Source: a virus
Length of the DNA: 64,000 nt
Reading direction: 5' to 3' (one strand)
UHGV virus genome: UHGV-1451962
The notes below the pieces were generated by a model. That model saw nothing but the letters and a program-made list of their open reading frames with translations, was not told the DNA's origin and did no database searches. The position numbers and the translations under genes are program-made. Of the stretch, positions 34,731-42,172 are shown one piece after another. How positions within the stretch are numbered: position 1 is the stretch's first letter; every line of letters starts with the position of its first letter.

Positions 34731-35357
34731 GTGAAAAAGGTGTTATATGGTTATGCAAGAGTTTCTTCCCGCGACCAAAATATAGATAGACAAATAATTG
34801 CATTAAAAGAGGTCGGCGTAGAAGAAGAAAATATCTTCATAGATAAACAATCAGGTAAAGATTTTAATAGACCTTCTTATCAAGAATTATTAGAAACAAT
34901 TAAAACAGGAGATATGGTAATTATAAAATCCATAGATAGATTAGGTCGAAATTATTCAGAAATTTTAGAACAGTGGAGAATTATTACTAAAGTTCTGAAT
35001 GTAGATATTAAAGTTATTGATATGCCGTTACTCGATACCTCCTACGGGGATGGTACATTAAATAACTTTATAGCTGATTTAGTTTTACAAATTCTCTCTT
35101 TTCAGGCAGAACAAGAGAGAATTTGTATTAAACAGCGACAAGCAGAAGGAATAGCTGCTGCAAAACAAAAAGGAGTTAAATTTGGCCGACCCCGCAAACA
35201 GCTTCCTTCTAATTTTGAAGATTTATATTATAGATATTTAAATAATGAACCAGTGGATAGATTATCAAAAGATTGTAAAGGATTATCTAAATCTACTTTG
35301 CGGTTGCGACTACAAGAACGTCATTCTAAAGATAAAGCATTGGGTGTAATTATTTAA
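34731..35357 (+). CDS. small serine recombinase (resolvase/invertase family)
   Basis: 208 aa with a GTG start after SD GAGGTGAAAAAG. The N-terminal catalytic region is VLYGYARVSSRDQNIDRQ...DRLGRN, and there is a C-terminal HTH-like region after ..GVKFGRPRK... The size and layout match the Hin/Gin/resolvase type, not a large serine integrase. Confidence 0.85.
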   Translation: MKKVLYGYARVSSRDQNIDRQIIALKEVGVEEENIFIDKQSGKDFNRPSYQELLETIKTGDMVIIKSIDRLGRNYSEILEQWRIITKVLNVDIKVIDMPLLDTSYGDGTLNNFIADLVLQILSFQAEQERICIKQRQAEGIAAAKQKGVKFGRPRKQLPSNFEDLYYRYLNNEPVDRLSKDCKGLSKSTLRLRLQERHSKDKALGVII

Positions 35358-35414
35358 TCTTTCTATTGTTTATTTTAATTATAATGAAACTAATATAGAA
35401 AGTAGGTCTATAAT

Positions 35415-35819
35415 ATGAATTATTATGAATTATGGACACAAATTTGGCAGATTTGTTTAGTCCCCTTATTTGCGGCTTTAACTGCTTTTGTTGTTAAATA
35501 TTTAAATGCTAAAAGTCAAGAAGTTTCTAAAAATATAAATAATGCAACTGCTGAAAAATATATAGAAATGATTAATAATACTGTTACAAAATGTGTTATT
35601 GCTACAAATCAAACTTATGTTAATAGTCTTAAAGAGCAAGGTAAGTTTGATGTAGAAGCTCAAAAGAAAGCTTTTAAACAAACTTATGAAGCAGTTATAA
35701 GTATTTTAAGTGAAGATGCAAAACAATATATTAAAGAAACAACCAATGATTTAAATACGTATTTAACACAGTTAATAGAAGCAGAGGTAAATAAACGTAG
35801 ATTAGAACCAGAAAAATAA
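35415..35819 (+). CDS. putative holin (LL-H-like: one N-terminal TM plus a long helical tail)
   Basis: 134 aa. N-terminal hydrophobic helix ICLVPLFAALTAFVVKYL followed by a charged helical region. It sits in the canonical position after the fibre genes. The family assignment is from memory. Confidence 0.45.
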   Translation: MNYYELWTQIWQICLVPLFAALTAFVVKYLNAKSQEVSKNINNATAEKYIEMINNTVTKCVIATNQTYVNSLKEQGKFDVEAQKKAFKQTYEAVISILSEDAKQYIKETTNDLNTYLTQLIEAEVNKRRLEPEK

Positions 35820-35822
35820 TTA

Positions 35823-35862
35823 AAGGCTCCCTTAGTTTTTCGCTAAGGGAGCCTTTTTTTTT
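35823..35862 (+). terminator. intrinsic terminator
   Basis: AAGGCTCCCTTAG (35823-35835) pairs with CTAAGGGAGCCTT (35843-35855), then a T-run. Confidence 0.85.
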
Positions 35863-35972
35863 GTCAAAATTTTTTCCAAATTTTTTGACAAAATTGGGAA
35901 ATCGTATGGGAATAAAATTTATATATGTATGGAAGGTAAAGGAAATAAAAAAATTTTTAGAAAGGAAAAATT

Positions 35973-36410
35973 ATGTATCCATACAATAACAATAATTATT
36001 ACCCACAGCAAACAATGCGTCAGCCGCAAACATATATCAATCCAACTCCGCAGATAATGGCGCCTCCGGGGTTGAAAGGACGTATGGTTTCTTCATTAGA
36101 AGAAGCAAGGGCAACAAGTATTGATTTTGATGGCTCTGTTTTTTATTTTCCAGATTTAGCGAATAAGAAAATTTATACAAAGCAAATTAATATGGATGGT
36201 ACTGCTACATTAAATATGTATGAGTTAAAAGAAGGCCCAACTTCTAATAATTCTACTTATGTAACAAGAGAAGAATTTAATAATGCTTTGAATAAAATTC
36301 AAATGAACTTTAATTTGTTAAATAATCAGCAAGAACCACCTGTGGCGCAAGTTCCTCCTCCTGAACCTGCTCCAGAAGAAACGCAAAATGCGCCTACATA
36401 TAAATTTTAA
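35973..36410 (+). CDS. hypothetical N/Q/P-rich protein (145 aa)
   Basis: SD AAAGGAAAAATT-ATG. The termini are low-complexity (MYPYNNNNYYPQQTMRQPQ.. and ..EPPVAQVPPPEPAPEE..) and flank a conserved-looking core (..KGRMVSSLEEARATSIDFDGSVFYFPDLANKKIYTKQINMDGTATL..). Confidence 0.55.
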   Translation: MYPYNNNNYYPQQTMRQPQTYINPTPQIMAPPGLKGRMVSSLEEARATSIDFDGSVFYFPDLANKKIYTKQINMDGTATLNMYELKEGPTSNNSTYVTREEFNNALNKIQMNFNLLNNQQEPPVAQVPPPEPAPEETQNAPTYKF

Positions 36411-36421
36411 GGAGGAAAATA

Positions 36422-36664
36422 ATGCAAGCAAATCCAATGCAAATTTTATCAATGATTAAAGGAGGTAAAAATCCTCAACAATTAGTGATGAATATTTTAG
36501 AGCAGCAAGCACAAAATAATCCTATGGGTGCTAACTTATTACAGCTAGTTAAAGATAATAAGACTGCGGATATTGAACAAATTGTTAGAAATTATGCCAA
36601 AGGTCAAGGCATAGATTTCGACAAAGAATTTAATGCTTTTAAACAAATGTTAGGCATTAAATAA
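36422..36664 (+). CDS. hypothetical protein (80 aa)
   Basis: SD AAGGAGGAAAATA-ATG. No motif recognised. Confidence 0.5.
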   Translation: MQANPMQILSMIKGGKNPQQLVMNILEQQAQNNPMGANLLQLVKDNKTADIEQIVRNYAKGQGIDFDKEFNAFKQMLGIK

Positions 36665-36692
36665 TTTTATAAAACAAAAGGAGAATAAAAAA

Positions 36693-37529
36693 ATGTTTAA
36701 TACTGCAAATTCTAGCTATTCTTTAGCTGATATCGCCGCAGCTACCGGCGGTAATCGTTGTAATGATGATGGTTTTGGTGGAGGCAATGGCTGGTGGGTC
36801 ATCCTTCTGTTCTTATTCATGATGAATGGATGGGGCTGGGGTGAAAACGGCTATGGTCGTAGCGTGTCACCAATGGGAGGTACAACTACCCGTGAAGAAA
36901 TTGCATATGGCTTTGATATGAATGGCTTGGAGAACTCTGTTCGTGGTATTCAAAATGGCCTATGTGATGGTTTTTATGCTCTTAACAATAGTCTTTTAAC
37001 CGGTTTTGGCAATCAAGCTTTGAATACTCAGCAAGGTTTTGCTAGTACCGATAATGCTATTTGTACTCTTGGTTATCAGACTGCTCAGTTGGCTAATGGT
37101 ATCACTTCTGATATGAACCAGAATACTAATACTATTACTCTTGGTATGAATAATGGTTTTAATGGTGTTACTGCTGGTTTAACTGCTTTGGGTACACAGT
37201 TACAGTCTTGTTGCTGTGAAACCGGGCGTGCTATTGAGCGTGGTTTTAGTGACTTAAACTATAACTTAGCTACTCAGTCTTGCGACACTCGTAGAGCTGT
37301 TCAAGATAGCACTCGTGAAATCTTAGATTTCTTAACTCAGGATAAGATTGCTTCCTTACAGTCCGAGAATCAGACTTTGAAATTTGCGGCTTCTCAGCAA
37401 GCCCAAAATGCTTATCTGGTTAGCGAACTTGGTCAGAAAGCTCCTATCCCCGCTTATGTAGTGGCTAATCCTTATTGCAACTGCGGTTCCGCAAATTCTT
37501 GCAATAGCTGCTGCTCTAGCATTTATTAA
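36693..37529 (+). CDS. hypothetical membrane-anchored, Cys-rich protein (278 aa)
   Basis: SD AAAAGGAGAATAAAAAA-ATG. It has a Trp/Gly-flanked hydrophobic helix (GNGWWVILLFLFMMNGWGWG), an internal CCC, and a C-terminal CNCGSANSCNSCCSSIY. GC is markedly elevated relative to its neighbours. Confidence 0.55.
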   Translation: MFNTANSSYSLADIAAATGGNRCNDDGFGGGNGWWVILLFLFMMNGWGWGENGYGRSVSPMGGTTTREEIAYGFDMNGLENSVRGIQNGLCDGFYALNNSLLTGFGNQALNTQQGFASTDNAICTLGYQTAQLANGITSDMNQNTNTITLGMNNGFNGVTAGLTALGTQLQSCCCETGRAIERGFSDLNYNLATQSCDTRRAVQDSTREILDFLTQDKIASLQSENQTLKFAASQQAQNAYLVSELGQKAPIPAYVVANPYCNCGSANSCNSCCSSIY

Positions 37530-37553
37530 TTAAATTTGGAGGATAACTAATTT

Positions 37554-37976
37554 ATGGAAATTACAGCCAATGCTGCTCAATCAGTTGCAGCCAATCAAAA
37601 TGTTCTTATGACTGATACAGTAGTTGGTGGAAGTTGTTCAATGGTTCATCGTAATGGTAGTGGATTAGTTACTTTGCGCGGCCTGGCTAGCACCCAGTGC
37701 CGCGCTCGTTTTAGAGTAACTTTTGGCGCTAATATAGCTGTTCCTACTGGTGGAACCGCAGGTGCTATTTCTTTAGCTATTGCTATTAACGGCGAACCTG
37801 TTGCTACAACAACCATGACAACTACTCCAGCCGCAGTCGATCAGTACAATAACGTGTTTAGTAGTATCTTTTTAGATGTTCCTAAAGGTTGTTGTTCTCA
37901 GATTAGTATAAAAAATATTAGCACTCAAACAGTTAGCGTTCAAAATGCTAATCTAATTGTTGAACGTGTTGCTTAA
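37554..37976 (+). CDS. hypothetical beta-rich protein; ending resembles the BclA C-terminal (TNF/C1q-like) domain
   Basis: 140 aa with SD TTGGAGGATAACTAATTT-ATG. The ending ..SVQNANLIVERVA resembles my recollection of the Bacillus BclA C-terminal domain ending ..SASIIIEKVA. One line (37681-37740) has 53% GC by hand count. Confidence 0.35.
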   Translation: MEITANAAQSVAANQNVLMTDTVVGGSCSMVHRNGSGLVTLRGLASTQCRARFRVTFGANIAVPTGGTAGAISLAIAINGEPVATTTMTTTPAAVDQYNNVFSSIFLDVPKGCCSQISIKNISTQTVSVQNANLIVERVA

Positions 37977-37990
37977 TTTGGAGGTACAGT

Positions 37991-38545
37991 ATGGAAAGAC
38001 TAAAAAATATGAGAAATTGTTTAATGGCTTGTGTTGAAGGGGAATTGGCCCATCTTGATACTGTTGATGCTCATGAATTAGGTGAAGCAGTAGATATGAT
38101 AAAAGATTGTGAAGAAGCGATGTATTATCATACTATTAGAAAAGCTATGGAAGAGTCTGATTATAATATTAATAATAGAGATATGGATAAACATCATGGT
38201 AGAATGTATTATCCTACTCCTAGAATGTATTATACGATTGATCCTAAAATGAAGAAACATATAAAAGATGAGGATGATTATGTATATTATGATGATATGT
38301 ACATGATGCCTTATAAGCCTTTAGAAAAAATGCGGGATAAGCGTGAAGGTCGTAGTCCTATAAGCCGCAAAACTTATATGGAATCAAAAGAAATGCACAA
38401 AGATAAGCCCACTCAGCTAAAAGAGTTAGAACACTATATGCAGGAATTAGCTAGTGATATAGTGGAAATGATAGAAGGTGCATCTCCCGAAGAAAAACAA
38501 ATGATACAACAACGCATTAATTCTATTTCCGCTAAAATACAATAA
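37991..38545 (+). CDS. hypothetical protein (184 aa), Y/M/D/K-rich middle
   Basis: SD TTTGGAGGTACAGT-ATG. No motif recognised. Confidence 0.5.
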   Translation: MERLKNMRNCLMACVEGELAHLDTVDAHELGEAVDMIKDCEEAMYYHTIRKAMEESDYNINNRDMDKHHGRMYYPTPRMYYTIDPKMKKHIKDEDDYVYYDDMYMMPYKPLEKMRDKREGRSPISRKTYMESKEMHKDKPTQLKELEHYMQELASDIVEMIEGASPEEKQMIQQRINSISAKIQ

Positions 38546-38877
38546 TGTATACAGTAAATGTAAATGGTGAAACATGGACAATAGAATTTGTTTCTTCTTC
38601 TAATTATAATTTAATGAGAAGTGATGGAACTTATACTATTGGAGTTTGTGATGATGAAACTAAAACCATTTATATAGATAAAAATTTAAATAATAGTTAT
38701 TTGCAAAAAGTTTTGTGCCATGAGATAACCCATGCTGCAATGTTTAGCTATGATATAAATTTATCCCTTGAACAAGAAGAATTATTAGCTGATTTATTAG
38801 CAACATATGGAGAAGAAGTAGTACAAAAAGCAAATATATTATTTAAACGTATAAAAGAAAATAGGGGAAGCTATTAA
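38545..38877 (+). CDS. small HExxH metallopeptidase-like protein (SprT-like size class)
   Basis: 110 aa. The ATG overlaps the previous stop (TAATG). It contains ..VLCHEITHAAMF.. (an HExxH motif). Confidence 0.45.
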   Translation: MYTVNVNGETWTIEFVSSSNYNLMRSDGTYTIGVCDDETKTIYIDKNLNNSYLQKVLCHEITHAAMFSYDINLSLEQEELLADLLATYGEEVVQKANILFKRIKENRGSY

Positions 38878-38898
38878 ATTAGCTTCCCCTATTTTTTA
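38861..38898. terminator. shared bidirectional terminator at the convergence of the late (+) and replication (-) arms
   Basis: ATAGGGGAAGCT (38861-38872) pairs with AGCTTCCCCTAT (38881-38892). It is A-rich to the left and T-rich to the right. Confidence 0.75.
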
Positions 38899-39308
38899 CT
38901 TTCTATATCACGAATCGGCAATTCACAAACTCGTTCATAAAAATCCTGTCCTCGACCATTGCCTTTTAATCCTTCATGGTAAGTTTTCCACATAGCAGTA
39001 AGTGCAGAAAATTCATCAGACGTCAAATAACCTCTTTCTAAGTATTCTCGACAAAGATTTATTAGTCTTTCACTATAATCTTCTTTTAACGCTTCAAATT
39101 TCTTATTCTCTATATCAATCTGTTCTTGAAGAGGATTCAATTTTTCTTCTATTGTTTCATCTAATTTATTTTCATTTAATTTTTCAAATGCTTCTTTATA
39201 CTGCTGAAATTTTTTATCTAAATTTCTAAAATAAGCTAATAAACCAGCAGAAATCAAACCAAAAATAATTTCAAACCAATGTTCGACAAAGAAGGCGCCT
39301 GTTATCAT
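38889..39308 (-). CDS. hypothetical membrane protein (N-terminal TM plus coiled coil); start revised
   Basis: TTAAGGAGGTTGAAAAATCTT-ATG at 39308; the track start at 39395 lacks an SD and overlaps ruvC. It has the hydrophobic helix WFEIIFGLISAGLLAYF followed by an E/K-rich coiled region. Confidence 0.5.
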   Translation of the reverse strand: MITGAFFVEHWFEIIFGLISAGLLAYFRNLDKKFQQYKEAFEKLNENKLDETIEEKLNPLQEQIDIENKKFEALKEDYSERLINLCREYLERGYLTSDEFSALTAMWKTYHEGLKGNGRGQDFYERVCELPIRDIESKK

Positions 39309-39381
39309 AAGATTTTTCAACCTCCTTAAATTGTTCATTACATTTAAAAATAGTTTGAAATTAATTAATATATTTTGTCCT

Positions 39382-39891
39382 TTAAGACCAATCAAATCCT
39401 CTATTTAAAGCATGATAACCAATACAAATTGCATCAGCTTCATCTTGCGTAGGTTTTATTTTGTATTTATTAATTACAAAAGCCTGCGCGTTTTTTTTCT
39501 GCTCATTTCTAATTTTCCCAGTTACACCGCAAGTTTTTTTCCAAGCAGAAGAAGAAACAACATCATATTTAATGTTTTCTTTTTCCAATAAACTTAATAA
39601 TGCTCCTTGTACATGGGCAAGTTTTTTATAAGTAACTACTCCAAAATCTTTCGCTTTTATCTTTTTGCCATTTGGTTCATATTCTTGTAGTTGTATATCT
39701 TCAATAATAACTTCTACATCCCCATTTAGAGTATCAATTATATTCTCTAACCAATCTCTTAATTTAGAAATTCTTAGCATATATTCTCCTTCTGGATGAA
39801 TATGACCATAAGTAATTAACTCTTGGCCTTTAAATACAGCATATCCAGTAATGGCTGTACTTTGATCTAAGGCCAAGAGAAATTTAGACAT
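39382..39891 (-). CDS. ruvC: RuvC-like Holliday junction resolvase
   Basis: N-terminal ..LALDQSTAITGYAVF.. and C-terminal ..TQDEADAICIGYHAL.. acidic catalytic motifs. 169 aa. Confidence 0.75.
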   Translation of the reverse strand: MSKFLLALDQSTAITGYAVFKGQELITYGHIHPEGEYMLRISKLRDWLENIIDTLNGDVEVIIEDIQLQEYEPNGKKIKAKDFGVVTYKKLAHVQGALLSLLEKENIKYDVVSSSAWKKTCGVTGKIRNEQKKNAQAFVINKYKIKPTQDEADAICIGYHALNRGFDWS

Positions 39892-40433
39892 TATCTACCA
39901 GTTGAACCGTATCCACCAATGCGTTCATTTTCACTTTTATCATCATCTGTTACAGAATAATTATGAATTACACCTTGGCCAATACGATCACCTTTTTTTA
40001 ATTCAATAGCAAAAGGACTTAAATTAATCATTTGAAAGAAAATTTCTCCATCATTTTCAGGATTACCTGCGTAGTCAGCATCTACAATACCCGGCGCATT
40101 GCCTTGAATCAACCAGTATTTAAGAGGAGTTGAGCTACGAACCGCCAACTGCAAATACTGATTAGGTTCCATATAACATTTTACACCAGTAGAAACAAGA
40201 GTAGGTTTAGCTTTCGTGGCTTTTGTAATCTTTTCCATCTGTTCTAAAGTAATAATATTATCATCAGAAACTTGAACAGAATTCTTCAAAAGATTCATTG
40301 TATGAGTTTCAAGTGGTGGAATTATAATATTTTCCGCAACATACATATCATAACCTGCGGAATACTTGGTACCTCTCTTCGGCATTTGAATATCTACATT
40401 TTCAAAACGCTTTACTTTTTCAAACTTAATCAA
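39891..40433 (-). CDS. dut: trimeric dUTPase with a ~30-aa insertion
   Basis: Motifs AGYD, RSS, GIVDADY, GDRIGQ and C-terminal RIGGYGSTGR. The spacing between motifs I and II is about 70 aa versus about 40 in E. coli Dut (hand count). Confidence 0.85.
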   Translation of the reverse strand: MIKFEKVKRFENVDIQMPKRGTKYSAGYDMYVAENIIIPPLETHTMNLLKNSVQVSDDNIITLEQMEKITKATKAKPTLVSTGVKCYMEPNQYLQLAVRSSTPLKYWLIQGNAPGIVDADYAGNPENDGEIFFQMINLSPFAIELKKGDRIGQGVIHNYSVTDDDKSENERIGGYGSTGR

Positions 40434-40683
40434 TATCTACATCCTCCTTATAGCCATAAAAAGCATCAACATTACTTTCAGGATTCTTTTCATCATTAAA
40501 ACTTATTGTAGCTTTAACAACTTGATATTCTTCATCTGTTGCTTTAACGTATTTAGTAGTATAGCTAAAGCTAGTTAATTCACCATAATTATTTTTAGAA
40601 AGCTCCTCACGCAAAGCAAGAGCATCATAAACAGTAGGAACTCTATAAACATTAGTGACTTTAATTAAATTTTTATTAATCAT
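40426..40683 (-). CDS. hypothetical protein (85 aa)
   Basis: ORF in an operon-like array with overlapping start and stop. No motif recognised. Confidence 0.45.
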   Translation of the reverse strand: MINKNLIKVTNVYRVPTVYDALALREELSKNNYGELTSFSYTTKYVKATDEEYQVVKATISFNDEKNPESNVDAFYGYKEDVDID

Positions 40684-40685
40684 TT

Positions 40686-40946
40686 TTAAACATCCTCAAT
40701 CACAATATTTTTATTCATATATTCATTATTTGAATTAATATAATTTTTTACCTCTGAAGCAATAGCGTAAGGAGCATGAATTTTAACATTATAAATCTGC
40801 TCTGCTTCAACAATGCTCATAATTTGATCTGCCATATCTTTAGGGTTAGAACTCACTCTAAATTTTTTGCTAGTATTAGTAATAAAAACTTCAGAATTAA
40901 TTACGCCAGGATCATAAACAACAAAAATATCTTTTTTAATACTCAA
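40686..40946 (-). CDS. hypothetical protein (86 aa)
   Basis: ORF in the array. No motif recognised. Confidence 0.45.
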   Translation of the reverse strand: MSIKKDIFVVYDPGVINSEVFITNTSKKFRVSSNPKDMADQIMSIVEAEQIYNVKIHAPYAIASEVKNYINSNNEYMNKNIVIEDV

Positions 40947-41293
40947 ATTTCAACTACTCCTTTCGCATAATCAAAGAAATAAAAAACTTTAATACCATTA
41001 TAATCAATCCAAAATTCTAGTGCATTTCCATCTTCTGCTGTTTCAATAGATTTAACTGGGCCTAAAGCCTTTACAATATCAATAATTTCATCTGTCATTG
41101 TCTTAAACAAATAACTATCTGTAAAAGTATACAAAGTATAGTATCGAGATTCATTATTTAACATCATATAATAAGAAGAAGGATGGGTTTTTAAAAAATT
41201 ACAAATAAACTTTTTAGAGTTTTCAAGCTCTTCATCTGTCATATTAGGAAGAGAGTTATATCCCATTTTTTCAAAATCATATTTATCAATCAT
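40943..41293 (-). CDS. hypothetical protein (116 aa)
   Basis: ORF in the array with a 4-nt overlap with the next gene. No motif recognised. Confidence 0.45.
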   Translation of the reverse strand: MIDKYDFEKMGYNSLPNMTDEELENSKKFICNFLKTHPSSYYMMLNNESRYYTLYTFTDSYLFKTMTDEIIDIVKALGPVKSIETAEDGNALEFWIDYNGIKVFYFFDYAKGVVEI

Positions 41294-41341
41294 TTAAGAA
41301 CTCCTTAATTTATTTCTTTAAATAATTATAACATATATTAT

Positions 41342-41815
41342 TTATTTTTTCAAGTAAATAATATTTTGATTGCGGGAACCTCGCCATTTTAAAGTAATAT
41401 CTCTTTGCGAATTAATGTAAGGCCCATCCACCAATATATCTAAATAAGGAAAAATTTCTTCTTTTATTTCCTTATTTTTAACTAATTCATCATAATAATA
41501 ACCAGACCATAAATAAATTTTAGTTTCTGGATATTTTTCTTTTACTTGTTGAATAATATATTTAGTAATAGGAATATTTTCTGGACAGAGCGGTTCTCCG
41601 CCCAGAATACTTAAATTTCTATTTATTCCATTTGCTTTTAATGCTTTAAAAAGATTATTTAATGTATCTTTTGTAAATTCTTTACCGCCAGTAAATGACC
41701 AAGTTTCAGGATTTTGACAATCTTTACAATGATTTTTACAACCTTGTACCCAAAAAGAAACATTTACTCCTGGGCCATTTGCAATGTCATTTTCTTTTAT
41801 AGCTGCATATCTCAT
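41342..41815 (-). CDS. nrdG: anaerobic ribonucleotide reductase activating enzyme (radical SAM); start revised
   Basis: GGGAGATAATGAA-ATG at 41815. It has ..DIANGPGVNVSFWVQGCKNHCKDCQNPETW.. (a CxxxCxxC cluster). Confidence 0.85.
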   Translation of the reverse strand: MRYAAIKENDIANGPGVNVSFWVQGCKNHCKDCQNPETWSFTGGKEFTKDTLNNLFKALKANGINRNLSILGGEPLCPENIPITKYIIQQVKEKYPETKIYLWSGYYYDELVKNKEIKEEIFPYLDILVDGPYINSQRDITLKWRGSRNQNIIYLKK

Positions 41816-42159
41816 TTCATTATCTCCCAAGAACAACAATAATTAGCACAGCAAGGAAGTATTATTATTTTTAAAACTTCATAATTGTTATAGTTTTTAG
41901 ATATTTTAACTTTATAAAATCTATAACCTCTAAAACCTTCTGACATTGGATGCCATATCCAATGTTCATTATTTTCTTGCCATTCTATAAAATTTTTTTG
42001 CATTTTAGCAATAGAAAGATTATTTTTATTTAAATAATTAATTACTTCTTGCTTATCTTCTGTAATATATACACATGTAACAATTTGGTTACTAACTGGA
42101 TATCTTCGGCCTTCTTGTTTATTAAAATAACAAGCATATTTTTTTAATAAATTGTTCAT
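41812..42159 (-). CDS. hypothetical protein (115 aa)
   Basis: ORF between nrdD-side genes and nrdG. No motif recognised. Confidence 0.45.
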   Translation of the reverse strand: MNNLLKKYACYFNKQEGRRYPVSNQIVTCVYITEDKQEVINYLNKNNLSIAKMQKNFIEWQENNEHWIWHPMSEGFRGYRFYKVKISKNYNNYEVLKIIILPCCANYCCSWEIMK

Positions 42160-42172
42160 ACTCTTCTAACCT

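Noticed and set aside
34731-35357. Serine recombinase as the phage integrase
   Set aside because: At 208 aa it has the resolvase/invertase layout. It lacks the large C-terminal domain of serine integrases. No attP-like feature is identifiable.
32218-35910. Recurring (A)TTGGGAA / TTCCCAA(T) motif in intergenic DNA (32219, 32253, 32280, 34670, 34682, 35894, 35906) as a possible regulator-binding site
   Set aside because: The spacing and orientation of the copies are inconsistent (inverted, everted, direct). My rough expectation for this 8-mer in 128 kb of both strands is about 2. The pattern is suggestive but not robust enough without statistics or conservation data.
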